Assembly (NCBI GenBank): GCA_030324005.1
Contig: JARDVH010000084.1
Span: 41,623,208-41,687,207 of the forward strand
Reading direction: 5' to 3'
Source: Negaprion brevirostris
Taxonomy: Eukaryota
Length of the DNA stretch: 64,000 nucleotides
The position numbers were made by a program, and so were the translations under genes. This document shows, piece after piece, positions 62,630 to 64,000 of this stretch (its first letter is position 1; every line of letters begins with the position of its first letter). The notes under the pieces were generated by a model that saw only the letters and a program-made list of their open reading frames with translations, did not search any database and had not been told where the DNA came from.

Positions 62630-64000
62630 GTGAGAACATTGCCATGTCTTTTGTGAATTTAGTTTTCTCGACCAGTTTTGAAGTCAGCAAATGGTAGTAA
62701 GCAGTAGTAATCTACAAGAGAGTAGCAATGACATTGTACTGTTGAAAATGATAGTTTGATTAAAACTTGGCATGTCTTTTTCTTTGCTTCCCCAGTCTCT
62801 CCAAGGCATTCAGTCCAGCATGACTTTAAGCCTCTGATTCCAATAGTTTGCCAACATCTATTTGCCTTATGTAAAAGTTGAATGAGCAGAGCTTTAATAA
62901 CCAAAAACATTGCTTTCTTTCTTCTTTATTGGTGCATGGGTACAATTGTAATATCTCTGCTATTATATGGGTTGACACAAGCTTATTCAGCACAAACTGG
63001 GGAATCAAGTTGGACCCTTCCAGTTCTACATGCTTGAAGAGTCTGCTGGGTTCTGTATTTTCTCACAGTTGTTCGGGGAACATTGTGTCTTTCGAAAAAG
63101 TACTAAGAAAGGGCTGAATGGCTTCATAAAATTAACTTTCAGCTGATATCCCCTGACTAACATGCCAGTATAAAATTACTCCGAGACACACTGTGATGTT
63201 TTTTAGGATAGGACATACTGTCTTGTTTAAGAGCATATTTTTCACTATTATGTCAGTTTTTGTAATTTTTGTGTGGTAAGGAACATAATATGGCCACTTA
63301 ACAGTTTAGTAATGTAATTTTCGTGCATCCTTAACACCATTCTCTGATGGTGCCTGATGGTTCTACCTCTGCCTTGTCTTGCTCCTGCTGCCGCTTCAAC
63401 ACACAACTTCATTCATTGTTGGTGATGAATTCCATTTCTGCCCTGTTGGGTCAACCTAGCCTGCACCTTACTTCTGCCTCTGGCCCTTTAAAAATAATTC
63501 CATGCCCAAGTGCTAACATTTAAACTTTAAATTATTTTGAGGTAAATTTTACTTTTAATGTCCTTCCTACTTTTAGATTCAAGATGGAACTTGTTTGGAA
63601 ATACCAACATTTTAAATGGCCTCCGTAACTTTAATTATTTCTCCATGCCAGTATTAAATAGAGGATCGTGTTGGAAAGCCCTGTACTCAGAGGGAAAGGG
63701 ATGATGTGCGCATTGAGGCTGCTCTGACAGCACAAAAGGAGACAGCTTCATGCAGTGCCACCACTAAGACACAAGCAGAATGATGGAGGAGAGGCACTGG
63801 ATGGGGATAATGTGATTAACCATGCCAAAAACTGCAGAGAATATGAGGAGATGCACCATGGCTACAGTCTCAGAGAATGTTACTCATGCCTTTGCTGAGC
63901 TGGTAGGGACTGAAAACTGATTGGATGAATGCAAAGCAGATGGAAATGCAGTAGAGATAGGAACTGCCTTAGGAAGCACGAAGTGGCACCCGAACCAATG

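Noticed and set aside
63640-64000. GC-richer purine-rich stretch as the next OMA1 exon
   Set aside because: No PYSR..E.EAD motif in any frame I could read; more likely another decayed transposon cut by the window edge

Overview
Eukaryotic (vertebrate) genomic DNA, most likely from a shark or other cartilaginous fish, judged by its tRNA-derived HE1/V-type SINEs, CR1, RTE, Rex, L2 and Penelope-like repeats. Two + strand spliced genes lie in tandem. The first is the 3' end of MYSM1 (JAMM/MPN histone H2A deubiquitinase): six coding exons from 1249 to the stop at 21095, with a probably long 3' UTR to about 26.7 kb. The second is the 5' part of OMA1 (mitochondrial M48 zinc metalloprotease): a CpG-rich promoter and non-coding exon near 28.6-28.9 kb, then five coding exons from 35211 to 62629 including the HEMAH zinc motif; the gene continues past the window. 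All exon phases join into uninterrupted frames. The rest is intron or intergenic sequence rich in decayed transposons and N gaps, and nearly all other listed ORFs are spurious. I found no convincing novel multi-gene system. The best leads are a GC-AG intron with a NAGNAG acceptor in MYSM1, an inverted duplication bracketing the OMA1 promoter, a conserved R-10-type processing motif in OMA1, absence of TACSTD2 between the genes, an AmnSINE2-like element, and a datable nest of insertions. Repeat family names and human comparisons are from memory and need database confirmation; repeat boundaries are approximate.
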